In this document: positions 1 to 10,737 of the stretch, in pieces
How positions within the stretch are numbered: position 1 is the stretch's first letter
Layout of the letters: the number at the start of each line of letters is the position of its first letter
DNA from: an uncultured Clostridia bacterium
GTDB taxonomy: Bacteria; Bacillota; Clostridia; Christensenellales; UBA1242
Direction of reading: 5' to 3'
Assembly: GCA_944377485.1 (NCBI GenBank)
Contig: CALWFB010000005.1
Location: 12,236 to 76,235 of the forward strand
DNA: 64,000 nt
Translations under genes and position numbers: made by a program
Notes under the pieces: model-generated
The model's database searches: none
Told to the model about the DNA's origin: nothing
The model's input: the letters and a program-made list of their open reading frames with translations, nothing else

Positions 1-13
1 AAAAAAATAAAAA

Positions 14-844
14 ATGTATAAATTTTATCAATTTTGCAATCATTTATATATGTCAAAATTTAAAATTATAAATTTATTTGATAAATTATTTATAAGCATA
101 TCTATTTTTCTTATAATTTATGCTTGGATAAATTTTTATGTCCGCAATCTTTGGACAACTTTTTTTCTCAGTCTGATATTTAGTGCTGCATGTGTTTTTG
201 TGCTGTATTATTTTCTTAATAAAAAACAAGAAAAAGTTGAATTAGGAAAGAAAAATACAGATGAAATGAACAAAAGTTTTTTGGTTTTTCGCCTGACACC
301 ACGAAAACAAAAAATGGAATTACTATATAATTTATTAAGCAAAGAATTTAATACAAAGTTAGACAATGGAATTTTAACGTATATCAAAGATGAGAAGAAA
401 CATTTGGTTATAGTCGCCACTCATATAGAACGTATAAGTGAAAACGATTTAATTAATTTGGTTGATGAATTTTTAGATATAGATGTTGATGTGATTGATA
501 TAATATGCAATGATGTCAATCCCAATATTAATTCTAAAATTTTTGTAGATAAAAAAATTACATTTATTACAAAGCAAAAATTGTATTTAGATTATTTTTC
601 TAAATATCAAATATTTCCTGACAACAGCAAAATCGATACTAGCATAACAAAACTGAGATTTAAGGACATATTAAACAATATGTTTATTCCTCAAAAAGCA
701 AAATCATATTTCTTCTGCGGTCTAATCTTAATATTTAGTAGTATAATTCTTCCATATCATATTTACTATATTGTCTTCGGCAGTTTATTATTGATTTTTA
801 GTATACTCTGTAAAATATTGCCTAAGTTAAAGAAGAATAAATAG
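14..844 (+). CDS. hypothetical membrane protein
   Basis: 276-aa ORF with hydrophobic helices near both termini (FISISIFLIIYAWINF, FFLSLIFSAACVFVLYYF, FFCGLILIFSSIILPYHIYYIVFGSLLLIFSIL). No family recognised. The start may be the internal Met at 50. The 3' end overlaps the convergent gene by 23 nt. Confidence 0.5.
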   Translation: MYKFYQFCNHLYMSKFKIINLFDKLFISISIFLIIYAWINFYVRNLWTTFFLSLIFSAACVFVLYYFLNKKQEKVELGKKNTDEMNKSFLVFRLTPRKQKMELLYNLLSKEFNTKLDNGILTYIKDEKKHLVIVATHIERISENDLINLVDEFLDIDVDVIDIICNDVNPNINSKIFVDKKITFITKQKLYLDYFSKYQIFPDNSKIDTSITKLRFKDILNNMFIPQKAKSYFFCGLILIFSSIILPYHIYYIVFGSLLLIFSILCKILPKLKKNK

Positions 845-1946
845 TTTTTAGTGCAAGTACCAATTTATCAATTTCTAAATATTCATTGTTAAAATCAATC
901 GAAACTCTAACCGCTCCGGTTTTTGTAGTTTTCAATTTTTTATGAATTAATGGCGCACAATGCAAACCTGCACGAACACATATGCTATATTTTTCATTTA
1001 ACACATCTGCCAAATAACTCGAATCAATATTTTTCATATTAAAACTTACAACATTTTTTGTATCACACTTTGAATAAATTGTTAAAAAATTTAATTTTTT
1101 TAATGAATAATACAGATATTTTGATAAATCTTCTTCTTTTTCTATGATTTTTAAAAAATTTTTATTGATATATTCAATCCCCGCTCCTAAACTTATTATC
1201 GGAATTGATGGTATAGTTCCACTTTCATAACCCTCTGGTATTGCTTTTGGTTGTATTAAATTTTCACTATCCGTTCCCGTTCCTCCGAACATTAGAGGAT
1301 TTAATTCTATTCCATTTTTTACCATTAATCCTCCTACACCAGTGATTGAAAGTAATCCTTTGTGTCCAGCAAAAGCAAACATATCAATATTTGATTTTTT
1401 TAAATCAACTAGCATATGTCCACTAGCTTGTGCTCCGTCTGCAAGATAAATTAATTTATACAATTTGCAAATTTCACCTATCTTCTCGCTATTACTATAT
1501 TCACCTGTCACATTAGACACCATAGTACAAATTACCATTTTGGTATTTTCTTTTATCTCTCGTTCTAAATTATCTGCAAATTCATATAAATCTGAACTTA
1601 TGATTGAGACTTCTACACCTATACTTTTTAGATGTTCCAATACTCGCAATACTGAATTATGCTCATAACAACTGGCTATAACATGGTCGCCCGATTTCAA
1701 AAGACCCAAGATTGCTAAATTCAATGCTTCCGTACAATTTTTTGTAAATATCACTTCATGATTTGAGCCATTAAAAAATTCCTTTACCGCTTCCCTAGTG
1801 TCATATATCTTTTCAGCCACTTCCATTGATTTGATATGACCGCTTCTTCCTGGATTAGCAGTATATTTCTCCATTGCATCCATTACTGCACGCTTGACAT
1901 GTGCAGGTTTATACAAACTTGTTGCTGCGTTATCAAAATATATCAT
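822..1946 (-). CDS. cysteine desulfurase family protein (class V aminotransferase, SufS/CsdA-like)
   Basis: FDNAATS N-terminus, PLP-lysine context FAFAGHKGLL, and C-terminal active-site loop RAGLHCAPL. The track ORF starts at a TTG (1955); the first ATG is at 1946. Confidence 0.85.
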   Translation of the reverse strand: MIYFDNAATSLYKPAHVKRAVMDAMEKYTANPGRSGHIKSMEVAEKIYDTREAVKEFFNGSNHEVIFTKNCTEALNLAILGLLKSGDHVIASCYEHNSVLRVLEHLKSIGVEVSIISSDLYEFADNLEREIKENTKMVICTMVSNVTGEYSNSEKIGEICKLYKLIYLADGAQASGHMLVDLKKSNIDMFAFAGHKGLLSITGVGGLMVKNGIELNPLMFGGTGTDSENLIQPKAIPEGYESGTIPSIPIISLGAGIEYINKNFLKIIEKEEDLSKYLYYSLKKLNFLTIYSKCDTKNVVSFNMKNIDSSYLADVLNEKYSICVRAGLHCAPLIHKKLKTTKTGAVRVSIDFNNEYLEIDKLVLALKTIYSSLT

Positions 1947-1992
1947 ATAACACAATATGAAATTTTAAAATATAGTGTTATAGAGGGTTAAT

Positions 1993-2253
1993 ATGAAATA
2001 TCTAATTATATCATTCAAATCTAGAAATAACGTAATGACCTTTGCGAAAATAATGCGAAAAAACGGTTTATATACCAGTGTAATCAACACTCCAAGAAGT
2101 GTTTCAATAAGTTGTGGACTAAGTATCAGAACGGAATTCCATAATTTGCAATCCGTGATAACTCTACTTCGCAAATCAAATCTATCTGGTCTAATAGGAG
2201 TTTATTCCATTACTAGAAAAGGAACTCATGAAGAAGTGGAAAAATTCTATTAA
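1993..2253 (+). CDS. DUF3343-like small protein (putative S/Se carrier-like)
   Basis: 86 aa with an INTPRSVSISCGLSIR segment typical of DUF3343. It is divergent from a cysteine desulfurase gene, which is a common pairing. Confidence 0.6.
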   Translation: MKYLIISFKSRNNVMTFAKIMRKNGLYTSVINTPRSVSISCGLSIRTEFHNLQSVITLLRKSNLSGLIGVYSITRKGTHEEVEKFY

Positions 2254-2332
2254 TAGATTAAAAAATAGTCAAAAGCATCTTTTACAGACAAAGACAATTG
2301 ACTATTTTTTTTTAATTTGTTATCATAATATT

Positions 2333-2998
2333 ATGACAAAAATCGATAAAATCATTTCATATCTTGATGAATTATTCCCTGAGGCAGAATGCGCCTTGAA
2401 TTTTAACACTCCCTACGAATTGTTGATTGCGGTGATATTATCTGCACAATGTACTGATAAACGTGTTAATATTGTATCAAAAGACTTATTTGCTATTGCA
2501 AACACTCCAGAAAAAATGTTGTCTCTTGGTCAAGAAAAACTTAAACAAATCATTCACCCTTGTGGATTTTATAACACAAAATCAAAAGCCATTATTCAAA
2601 CAAGTAAAGATTTGATAGAACGATTTAACGGAGTTGTCCCATCCTCTCTTGATTCATTGACTACTTTGAAAGGTGTTGGAAGAAAAACGGCAAATGTAGT
2701 TATTGCAAACGCTTTTGGTGGACAAACCATCGCTGTGGATACTCATGTACATAGAGTTTCAAAAAGATTAGGATTAACTGATGAAAATTCAAATCCTTTA
2801 AAGTGCGAAATGGATTTACTAAAAATTGTTCCGGAAAACATAAGAAGCAAATTTCATCATCAAGTGATTTTATTCGGTAGAAATGTATGCAAAGCAATTA
2901 AACCAAATTGTGCAGATTGTAAACTAAAAAATATATGCAAATTTTACAACAATGCTTATATAAATAATAAAAATTCGAAAAATAAGTTAAAAGGATAA
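2333..2998 (+). CDS. nth: endonuclease III (DNA glycosylase/AP lyase)
   Basis: HhH-GPD motif LKGVGRKTANVV and a C-terminal 4Fe-4S ligand pattern, C-x6-C-x2-C-x5-C (CKAIKPNCADCKLKNIC). The homologous region begins at Met36 of the track ORF (ATG at 2333). Confidence 0.9.
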   Translation: MTKIDKIISYLDELFPEAECALNFNTPYELLIAVILSAQCTDKRVNIVSKDLFAIANTPEKMLSLGQEKLKQIIHPCGFYNTKSKAIIQTSKDLIERFNGVVPSSLDSLTTLKGVGRKTANVVIANAFGGQTIAVDTHVHRVSKRLGLTDENSNPLKCEMDLLKIVPENIRSKFHHQVILFGRNVCKAIKPNCADCKLKNICKFYNNAYINNKNSKNKLKG

Positions 2999-4270
<1,272 letters not shown>

Positions 4271-4312
4271 TAAAATATCAATGAATATAATATTTAATAT
4301 GTAATATCGAAA

Positions 4313-4408
4313 ATGAGAAAACTGTTATTAAAAATCAATGAAACACACCCTTATGAAGAACCCGAAATTGACATTATTCCATTAATTGATGAAAATTATT
4401 TTAATTAA
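4313..4408 (+). pseudogene. 31-codon orphan ORF resembling the C-terminal end of NIF3/YqfO (CutA-like) proteins
   Basis: The ORF translates to MRKLLLKINETHPYEEPEIDIIPLIDENYFN. The HPYEEP-xx-DIxPL motif is the conserved C-terminal signature of NIF3-family proteins. No SD was seen and no upstream homologous body. Confidence 0.3.
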
Positions 4409-4428
4409 AAAAAGATAAAGGAGAATTT

Positions 4429-4722
4429 ATGATAAACAAAAAGGAAAGAATAAATCTAAGAAGTTTGGCTCAAAATTTAAAACCAGTAGTTTGGGTAGGA
4501 AAAGATGGTTTTACTGAAAATGTTTTAAAACAAATTGATGAAGAATTGTTTAACCATGAATTGATAAAAATCAGTATGCAAGAGAACACCACTCCACCAA
4601 CAGAATTTGAACTGACAGAAATGGCTGTAAAACTTGGTGCAGAAGTCGTGACAACTATTGGGAAAAAAATTGTATTATATAGACATAGTGAAAAGAAAGG
4701 TATTAAACATATTGAGTTTTAA
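4429..4722 (+). CDS. yhbY: YhbY/CRM-domain RNA-binding protein
   Basis: 97 aa with LRSLAQNLKPVVWVGKDGFTENVLKQIDEELFNHELIKI, typical of the YhbY family. SD aaaggag lies upstream. Confidence 0.85.
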   Translation: MINKKERINLRSLAQNLKPVVWVGKDGFTENVLKQIDEELFNHELIKISMQENTTPPTEFELTEMAVKLGAEVVTTIGKKIVLYRHSEKKGIKHIEF

Positions 4723-4745
4723 TACCTTCTTTTTTTATTTTTTTA
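4697..4745 (+). terminator. rho-independent terminator overlapping the yhbY stop
   Basis: An 11-bp stem (aaggtattaaa / tttaatacctt) followed by a T-run. Confidence 0.6.
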
Positions 4746-4934
4746 TTAAAAATTTTGTCTAAATCTTTAACATTTTTATTTCTAAAAACAATATGAATTT
4801 TTCGATAATTTTCATGTTGAAATTTTTGTCGTAAATTATATAAATAAACAAAAAATGAAAAAATTTTAAAAATATAATTAAAATACATAAAAAATACTTA
4901 TAAAATTCAGTTTTTTCATATTTTTATAATTTTT

Positions 4935-5456
4935 TTAATCTATACGTTCATAATCTTTTATACAAAAATCTGTGGATTTCATTTCTTTTTTTGTATTATT
5001 ATTTTTAAATAGATTTCCTAAATTGAAAGATTTGAACATATCTAATAAGCCATTTCCCCCGTTATTAGAAGTAAATAAATTTATAATATTTGACAAATTT
5101 AAGTTTGAATTTTGTTTATTTTCGTCTGTATTTGAATTGTTTGAAAAAATTGATAATAGATTTCCCATCCCACCACCATTACCTAATGAACCAATTAATG
5201 GCAATAAACTTTTTAAATCAAATGAAAATGGTGATTTTCTATTCTCTGGTGAATGATTTTGAGATGGATGCTTAGGTTTTGGAATGCAATCACAATCACC
5301 CTTTTTAAAATTATTATCAATATAAAAATTTGGAACATTTTCATACGGTTCTTGAAAAATTACCTTTTTAGGAGGCGAATGTTCTTTGCTTTCGTAATGT
5401 TGAATATATGCATTTGGTTCTGGAAACAATGCGTTTCTACTGTCTTCATATTCCAT
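4935..5456 (-). CDS. hypothetical low-complexity (Asn/Gly/Ser-rich) protein
   Basis: This is the longest ORF in the region (173 aa). No SD was seen and three shorter ORFs lie on the opposite strand, so whether it is coding is uncertain. Confidence 0.4.
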   Translation of the reverse strand: MEYEDSRNALFPEPNAYIQHYESKEHSPPKKVIFQEPYENVPNFYIDNNFKKGDCDCIPKPKHPSQNHSPENRKSPFSFDLKSLLPLIGSLGNGGGMGNLLSIFSNNSNTDENKQNSNLNLSNIINLFTSNNGGNGLLDMFKSFNLGNLFKNNNTKKEMKSTDFCIKDYERID

Positions 5457-5534
5457 ACTATTATTTATGAATAAAAATTTATATTGTCACTAAAAAAAAT
5501 CAAATCTCATAATAATATCTAAGAGGTAAAATCA

Positions 5535-5837
5535 ATGCCAAGAGATTTCAAAAGTTTTTCAAAAGAACATAATAAAGTTGTTGACGAAAACAAAAAAATA
5601 ATTGAAGATAATCAGCAAAAAGCCAACGAATATCAACACATTTTAGACAAATACAAAGATATGGATAACAACCAGTTAATGTCAAATTTATTTAGTGAGG
5701 CCAGCAAATTAAAACGTGAAGGCAAATTAGATGCCAATCAATTAAACAGTTTAAAATCTACAATCGCCCCATTTTTAAATAGTGAGCAACAAGAGATGCT
5801 TAATTCTTTAATTAATGCAATCAATGAACAAAAATAA
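5535..5837 (+). CDS. hypothetical small coiled-coil protein
   Basis: 100 aa, charged and helical. SD agagg is 8 nt upstream. It overlaps the next gene by 23 nt. Confidence 0.5.
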   Translation: MPRDFKSFSKEHNKVVDENKKIIEDNQQKANEYQHILDKYKDMDNNQLMSNLFSEASKLKREGKLDANQLNSLKSTIAPFLNSEQQEMLNSLINAINEQK

Positions 5838-6933
5838 AATTTCGCCTGAATTATTAAATAATGTATCTGTAATGGATAGCAATCATACAGATTATATTTT
5901 CGTTAACTCCAATGATTTTTGGTTAACTAAAAAATTTTTGGATAAATATCATTATAAATATATTCCATATAAATTTGCTAATTGTTTTTCATTAAATGCC
6001 GATTTCGATGATATCTCAATACTATCAAATCAGGAAAACGTAAAATATATCCATTCAAATCCGCAAGTGAAAATTCAACAAACGCAAATGGAAAATATGA
6101 ATCTATCTAGATTAACACAAAACAATTTCTTAGGTCAAGGTCAAACAATTTGTTTTATTGATACAGGCATATTCCCCCACTTTGATTTTTTATATCCCAA
6201 AAACAGAATAATAAAATTTATTGATTTGATAAATCACAATCATACTCCTTATGATGACAATGGTCATGGAACATTTGTGTCTGGAATCGCTTGTGGCAAT
6301 GGGATAATGAAAAATTCGAATATAGGATTTGCCCCTCGTGCCAATATCATATCTATCAAAGCCCTTGGCAAAAATGGCAATAGTAATAGCAATACAATTT
6401 TAGACGCAATGCAATGGGTATACGAGAATCATAAAGTATATAACATATCTGTCGTATGTATGAGTTTCGGAGCAGAAATTCTTGCAAACAATGACCCGCT
6501 TTCAAATGGTGCAGAAGCCTTATGGAAAAGAGGAATTACTGTTGTTGCGGCTGCCGGAAATAGCGGTCCAGAAAAAAATACTATAAAATCTCCGGGAAAT
6601 AATCCACACATAATTACAGTAGGAGCTCTTGACGAATCTAGCATGCAGACGGCTGATTTTAGCAGTCGTGGTCCTACAATCTACGGTCACAAACCAGATT
6701 TGTTAGCACCTGCGGTAAATATAATTTCTTGCGATAATAGATTACCCCCTTACACTAATATGAGTGGAACCAGCGTTGCTACTCCCATAATCGCTGGTAT
6801 ATGTGCTGATATCAAATCCCGTTGGCCAGATATTACAAATAATGAAATTAAAAAATTTCTTCTATCCCACTGTAAAAAGATTACCGGTGATATAGACATA
6901 GAAGGAGCAGGTTATATAACATTCAATATTTAA
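5815..6933 (+). CDS. subtilisin-like serine peptidase (S8 family) with N-terminal propeptide-like region
   Basis: Catalytic triad contexts are CFIDTGI (Asp), DNGHGTFVSGI (His) and MSGTSVATPIIAG (Ser). No signal peptide is evident. Confidence 0.85.
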   Translation: MQSMNKNKISPELLNNVSVMDSNHTDYIFVNSNDFWLTKKFLDKYHYKYIPYKFANCFSLNADFDDISILSNQENVKYIHSNPQVKIQQTQMENMNLSRLTQNNFLGQGQTICFIDTGIFPHFDFLYPKNRIIKFIDLINHNHTPYDDNGHGTFVSGIACGNGIMKNSNIGFAPRANIISIKALGKNGNSNSNTILDAMQWVYENHKVYNISVVCMSFGAEILANNDPLSNGAEALWKRGITVVAAAGNSGPEKNTIKSPGNNPHIITVGALDESSMQTADFSSRGPTIYGHKPDLLAPAVNIISCDNRLPPYTNMSGTSVATPIIAGICADIKSRWPDITNNEIKKFLLSHCKKITGDIDIEGAGYITFNI

Positions 6934-6970
6934 TTGCATTTTTTCTAATTTTTGCTAAAATATATATAAT

Positions 6971-7609
6971 ATGATTGAATTTAGACATGTTTATCTAAAA
7001 TACATAAAAGATTTCTACACTCTATATGATATTAATCTATCAATTAATGAAAATTCTTTGTTGATTGGTCAATGTTCTGATGGCACAAATTCCATTCTTC
7101 GATTGATTAGTAAAATAGATAAAAAATATGAGGGAAATATTTTTTTTGATGATTTGAATTTAAAAGTTCTGAAAGATAAAGATTTAGATATTGCATATGT
7201 TAGTGAAAAACCTTATCTTTTTAAAAGCAAATCAGTTTTTGAAAATCTGTATTATCCTCTAAAAATACGAAAAGTTAAACAAAATGAAGCAAAGATAATC
7301 ATAGACTCTTACATTAATAAATTTAAAATAAATTTTGCATTGAATAAAATCAAAAATCTGACATATTCTCAGCAAAAAATTGTCACCCTACTTCGTGCAC
7401 TAATCAGAAAACCAAAATATGTTTTACTCGAACATTATTTTAAAGATTTAGACGAAAATCAAATATCCCTAGCAGAAAATATAATAAATGAAATGAAGCA
7501 ACATTCGACAATAATCGCATGTGAAGATTTAGATACCAACATCTCCTGCTTTAATGATTTTAGACGTATCAAACTAGAAAATGGCAGTTTAATCCATTCT
7601 GACAAATAA
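6971..7609 (+). CDS. ABC-ATPase-like protein with degenerate catalytic motifs
   Basis: Co-linear with ABC nucleotide-binding domains, but Walker A is GQCSDGTNS (no Lys), the signature is LTYSQQ and Walker B is VLLEHYF (no Asp-Glu). Confidence 0.7.
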   Translation: MIEFRHVYLKYIKDFYTLYDINLSINENSLLIGQCSDGTNSILRLISKIDKKYEGNIFFDDLNLKVLKDKDLDIAYVSEKPYLFKSKSVFENLYYPLKIRKVKQNEAKIIIDSYINKFKINFALNKIKNLTYSQQKIVTLLRALIRKPKYVLLEHYFKDLDENQISLAENIINEMKQHSTIIACEDLDTNISCFNDFRRIKLENGSLIHSDK

Positions 7610-7613
7610 AAAT

Positions 7614-7637
7614 CCACCAGTGAACCTGGTGGTTTTT
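7614..7637 (+). terminator. hairpin plus T-run after the ABC-like gene; possibly also the end hairpin of the IS200-like relic
   Basis: ccaccag-tgaac-ctggtgg followed by ttttt. Confidence 0.6.
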
Positions 7638-7721
7638 CATTTGAGGGTAAAACCCTCCTTTCGTAGCCCACAAGAAATCTTGTTCGGTTATGCTTCGCAT
7701 TTCTGCTTTGTCGCAAATCTT

Positions 7722-8060
7722 CTACTTTTTAAATGGGTCTATTATCTCTTGTATCGTCATTTGTTCCATCTCTCTATCTTCCTTTAATTGATTTGCTATA
7801 TACTCTGCTATCGCCCTTTTATTTTTACCTATTACACTTAACTTTGGTGGAATTGAAATTAACATGTGTACATGGTCTGGGCAGACTTCTGCCTCATGTA
7901 TGATTACATTTTTCCATTCGCACAAACTCCTTAGAATTGCTCCTACTTCTAGTCTCTTCTGATGGAAAAACACCTTTCTTCTATATTTTGGAGCAAAAAC
8001 GACATGGTACTTGCAATTCCAAGTCGTATGTGCTAAACTAAGATTGGTTTCTTTTGACAT
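7722..8060 (-). pseudogene. tnpA: IS200 TnpA (Y1/HUH transposase) with an in-frame internal deletion of about 40 aa
   Basis: LAHTTWNCKYHVVFAPKYRRKVF and the HUH motif HVHMLISIPPKLSV are followed directly by IGKNKRAIAEYIANQLKED. Canonical IS200 TnpA has about 40 more residues (SSFMGYLKGKSS...WCRGYYVDTV) between these segments. Confidence 0.75.
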
Positions 8061-8061
8061 T

Positions 8062-8128
8062 ATTTCTCCTTTTATGTTTACTTGTTGCTTTGCGGGCTAC
8101 AAGTTAATCTTAACATAAAAGGAGAAAT
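8062..8128 (-). promoter_or_regulatory. stem-loop sequestering the tnpA Shine-Dalgarno sequence
   Basis: Perfect 15-bp complementarity between 8062-8076 (atttctccttttatg) and 8114-8128 (cataaaaggagaaat). The 3' arm in the mRNA contains the SD immediately before the ATG. Confidence 0.7.
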
Positions 8129-8243
8129 CTGTCCATCGGTAAACCTCAACCGAACCCCCAGACTATCTGGGGTTTTCATTTACAAAAAAATAAAGCCAAT
8201 TGGCTTTATTTTCGTTTTAAAATTATTATATAAATTTTAATAA

Positions 8244-10724
8244 TTAATCTTTATCTTCAGTTTTGGTCATGAAAACTAGATTATCATTCTTACAATCTAT
8301 AAGAATACTATCTCCCGACTTGACTTCACCTTTTAACATTTTATCTGCTAATTCATCTTCAATTTTTGTAGTAATTAACCTACGCAATGGTCTAGCCCCA
8401 AACTCATCGTTTGTTCCGTTTTTTACTAAATAATTTAATGTCGCAGTAGTGAATTTTATTTCTACTCCGCTCTGTTTCAAATTTTTATTCAAATCGGCAA
8501 GCATCTTTTTCGCAATATCTTTTAAAACTTGTGGATTTAATTTGTTAAATATTACTATGTTATCAATACGGTTAATCAATTCTGGTTTGAAATATTTTTT
8601 CAATTCACTCAACATCACAGTAGTCTTATCATCTTTTGAACCGTCATTGAAGCCTAAGTCAACATTTGTCTTGCTAAGTTTGTCACTACCAATATTTGAT
8701 GTTAAAATTATTATTGTGTTTTTAAAACTAACAATCTTTCCATGGCTATCTGTTAGACGTCCGTCATCAAGAATTTGAAGCAACATATTGAAAACTTCTG
8801 GGTGTGCTTTTTCTATTTCATCAAACAAAACAACACTATAAGGTTTTCTTCTGACTTGTTCTGTCAACTGTCCACCATCATCAAATCCAACATATCCAGG
8901 AGGGCTACCTATCAATTTTGACACACTATGTGCTTCCATATATTCGCTCATATCAAGTCGGATTATTTTATTTTCATCATCAAACAATGCTTCTGCAAGT
9001 GCTTTACTCAATTCTGTTTTACCTACACCAGTAGGACCTAAGAATAAGAAACTTCCTATTGGTCTTTTAGGGTCACGAATTCCAATACGACTTCTTCTGA
9101 TTGCCTTTGCAACTTTTTCTACCGCTTCGTCTTGACCTTTTACACGCTGTGACAAGGTTTTTTCTAGATTAATTAGTTTCTCAGCCTCCCCTTCTGTCAA
9201 TTTTGTTAGTGGAATATTTGTCCATTTGCTGACAACTTCTGCAACATCATGTTCAGTAATTGTGGCATCTGTTTGTTCGCTTGTAGAAGGAATTGATTTT
9301 AATCTTTCAATTTCATCTTTTAATTTAGTCACTTTATCACGCAACTTACCAGCTTTTTCAAAATCTTCTTGCGTGACAGCATCTTCTTTTTCTGCTTCTG
9401 TCTTTTTCAATTTTTCTTTTAATGCTTTAATTTCGTCCGAATCATAATTATTTTTCACTTTTGCTCTACTTGATGCCTCATCTATAAGGTCAATAGCTTT
9501 ATCTGGAAGGCTCCTATCTTGAATATATCTATCAGACAAAGTCGCAGCAGCCTTAATCGCTTCATCTGTAATTTTCACTTTATGGAAAGCTTCATAACTA
9601 TCTCTTAAACCCCTTAAAATCTCGATTGTTTGTTCAACTGTTGGTGGGTCAATTATGATTGGTTGAAAACGTCTTTCCAATGCTTTATCTTTCTCTATAT
9701 ACTTTCTATATTCGTCCGTAGTTGTAGCTCCAATTGTCTGCATCTCACCACGAGCAAGATATGGTTTCAACATATCTGCCGGATTAGTCTCACCTTTGTC
9801 TGTGCCAACTTGTGCAAGAGTATGGATTTCATCAATAAATACTATTATATTCTTATTTGAAGTAATCAATTCAATAGCATTTTTTAGTTTTTCTTCCATT
9901 GAACCACGATATTTTGTACCTGCCATCAAACCACCAATATCTAGACTATAAATAATTTTGTTTTTCAAAAATTGTGGCACATCTCCTGCAACTATTCTTC
10001 TGGCGAGTCCTTCGACTACCGCTGTTTTACCAACACCTGCTTCACCAATTAAAACAGGATTATTTTTGGTTTTTCTACAAAGGATTTCAATCATACGTTC
10101 TATTTCGTTATCTCGACCTATGATTGGGTCTATCTTTCCATTTTTTGCACGCATTGTTAAATCGCTGCCCATTTCTAGTAATTCAGAAGGAAGTTCGCTG
10201 GTATATGCTTCCTGTCTAGGTGCATTATCTGAACCCATATTACCAACTTGGACAAAACCATTCATGTCAAATTCGTTTGAGGAATTTGAATTGGTCGTGT
10301 TAGTGTTATTGGTTATAATACTGATGGCTTTGTTTCTCATTTCATAAACATTTAATTTCAATGCACCAGCCAAAATATTTATTGCAAAACTATCCTCTTG
10401 GCTCAAAAGAGCTACAAGCAAATGTTCGGTTGAGATATAAGCACTTCTAGTACGTTTTGCCACACTATTTGCAATCATTAACAATTCTTTTGTCCTAGGG
10501 GTGAGTTCAACCACACTAGATGGAATACCTCCAACAACACCATCAAGAATTTCTTTGACAATATCACTGTCAACACGATATGCTTTTAAAAGTTTTTTTG
10601 ATTTGCTTTCAACTTTTGTCAAAGCATATAAGATATGTTCAGTACCAACTTCATTGCCATAATTTGATGCAAATTGTGAAGCAATTTGTATACATTTATT
10701 TGCTAAATCTGTTAAATTGTACAT
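8244..10724 (-). CDS. clpC: ATP-dependent Clp protease ATP-binding subunit ClpC
   Basis: Clp_N repeats, two AAA+ modules (GEAGVGKT and GPTGVGKT), and a UVR-like linker (FEKAGKLRD). It is the last gene of the ctsR-mcsA-mcsB-clpC arrangement. Confidence 0.95.
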   Translation of the reverse strand: MYNLTDLANKCIQIASQFASNYGNEVGTEHILYALTKVESKSKKLLKAYRVDSDIVKEILDGVVGGIPSSVVELTPRTKELLMIANSVAKRTRSAYISTEHLLVALLSQEDSFAINILAGALKLNVYEMRNKAISIITNNTNTTNSNSSNEFDMNGFVQVGNMGSDNAPRQEAYTSELPSELLEMGSDLTMRAKNGKIDPIIGRDNEIERMIEILCRKTKNNPVLIGEAGVGKTAVVEGLARRIVAGDVPQFLKNKIIYSLDIGGLMAGTKYRGSMEEKLKNAIELITSNKNIIVFIDEIHTLAQVGTDKGETNPADMLKPYLARGEMQTIGATTTDEYRKYIEKDKALERRFQPIIIDPPTVEQTIEILRGLRDSYEAFHKVKITDEAIKAAATLSDRYIQDRSLPDKAIDLIDEASSRAKVKNNYDSDEIKALKEKLKKTEAEKEDAVTQEDFEKAGKLRDKVTKLKDEIERLKSIPSTSEQTDATITEHDVAEVVSKWTNIPLTKLTEGEAEKLINLEKTLSQRVKGQDEAVEKVAKAIRRSRIGIRDPKRPIGSFLFLGPTGVGKTELSKALAEALFDDENKIIRLDMSEYMEAHSVSKLIGSPPGYVGFDDGGQLTEQVRRKPYSVVLFDEIEKAHPEVFNMLLQILDDGRLTDSHGKIVSFKNTIIILTSNIGSDKLSKTNVDLGFNDGSKDDKTTVMLSELKKYFKPELINRIDNIVIFNKLNPQVLKDIAKKMLADLNKNLKQSGVEIKFTTATLNYLVKNGTNDEFGARPLRRLITTKIEDELADKMLKGEVKSGDSILIDCKNDNLVFMTKTEDKD

Positions 10725-10737
10725 TTTTCACTCCTTT

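Larger units (their letters stand above)
7612..8186 (-). mobile_element. IS200-type (IS200/IS605 family) insertion sequence relic
   Basis: Contains a Y1 (HUH) transposase remnant. Similar hairpin-plus-TTTTCATTT motifs sit at both borders (7614-7646 and 8156-8186). The 5' UTR carries an RBS-sequestering stem. Boundaries are approximate. Confidence 0.65.

Noticed and set aside
2228-2332. N-terminal extensions of track ORFs (nth at 2228, murB at 15568, XRE genes at 31326 and 31923, the Cys-rich gene at 31855, fba at 41059, the CBS gene at 51291 and polA at 56494).
   Set aside because: Homology begins at internal Met codons. The extensions overlap upstream genes or promoters and lack family similarity, so shorter coordinates were used.
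7640-7721. Possible relatedness between the IS200 relic ends (cgtagcccacaagaaatcttgttcgg; gtagcccgcaaagc) and the GTAGGGACCC/hairpin part of the 5S and tRNA-locus elements, which would make them IS200-derived miniature elements.
   Set aside because: The similarity is short and ambiguous in orientation. IS200/IS605 transposition leaves no target duplication, which does not fit the duplicated RNA-gene fragments. This is left as an open question rather than a claim.
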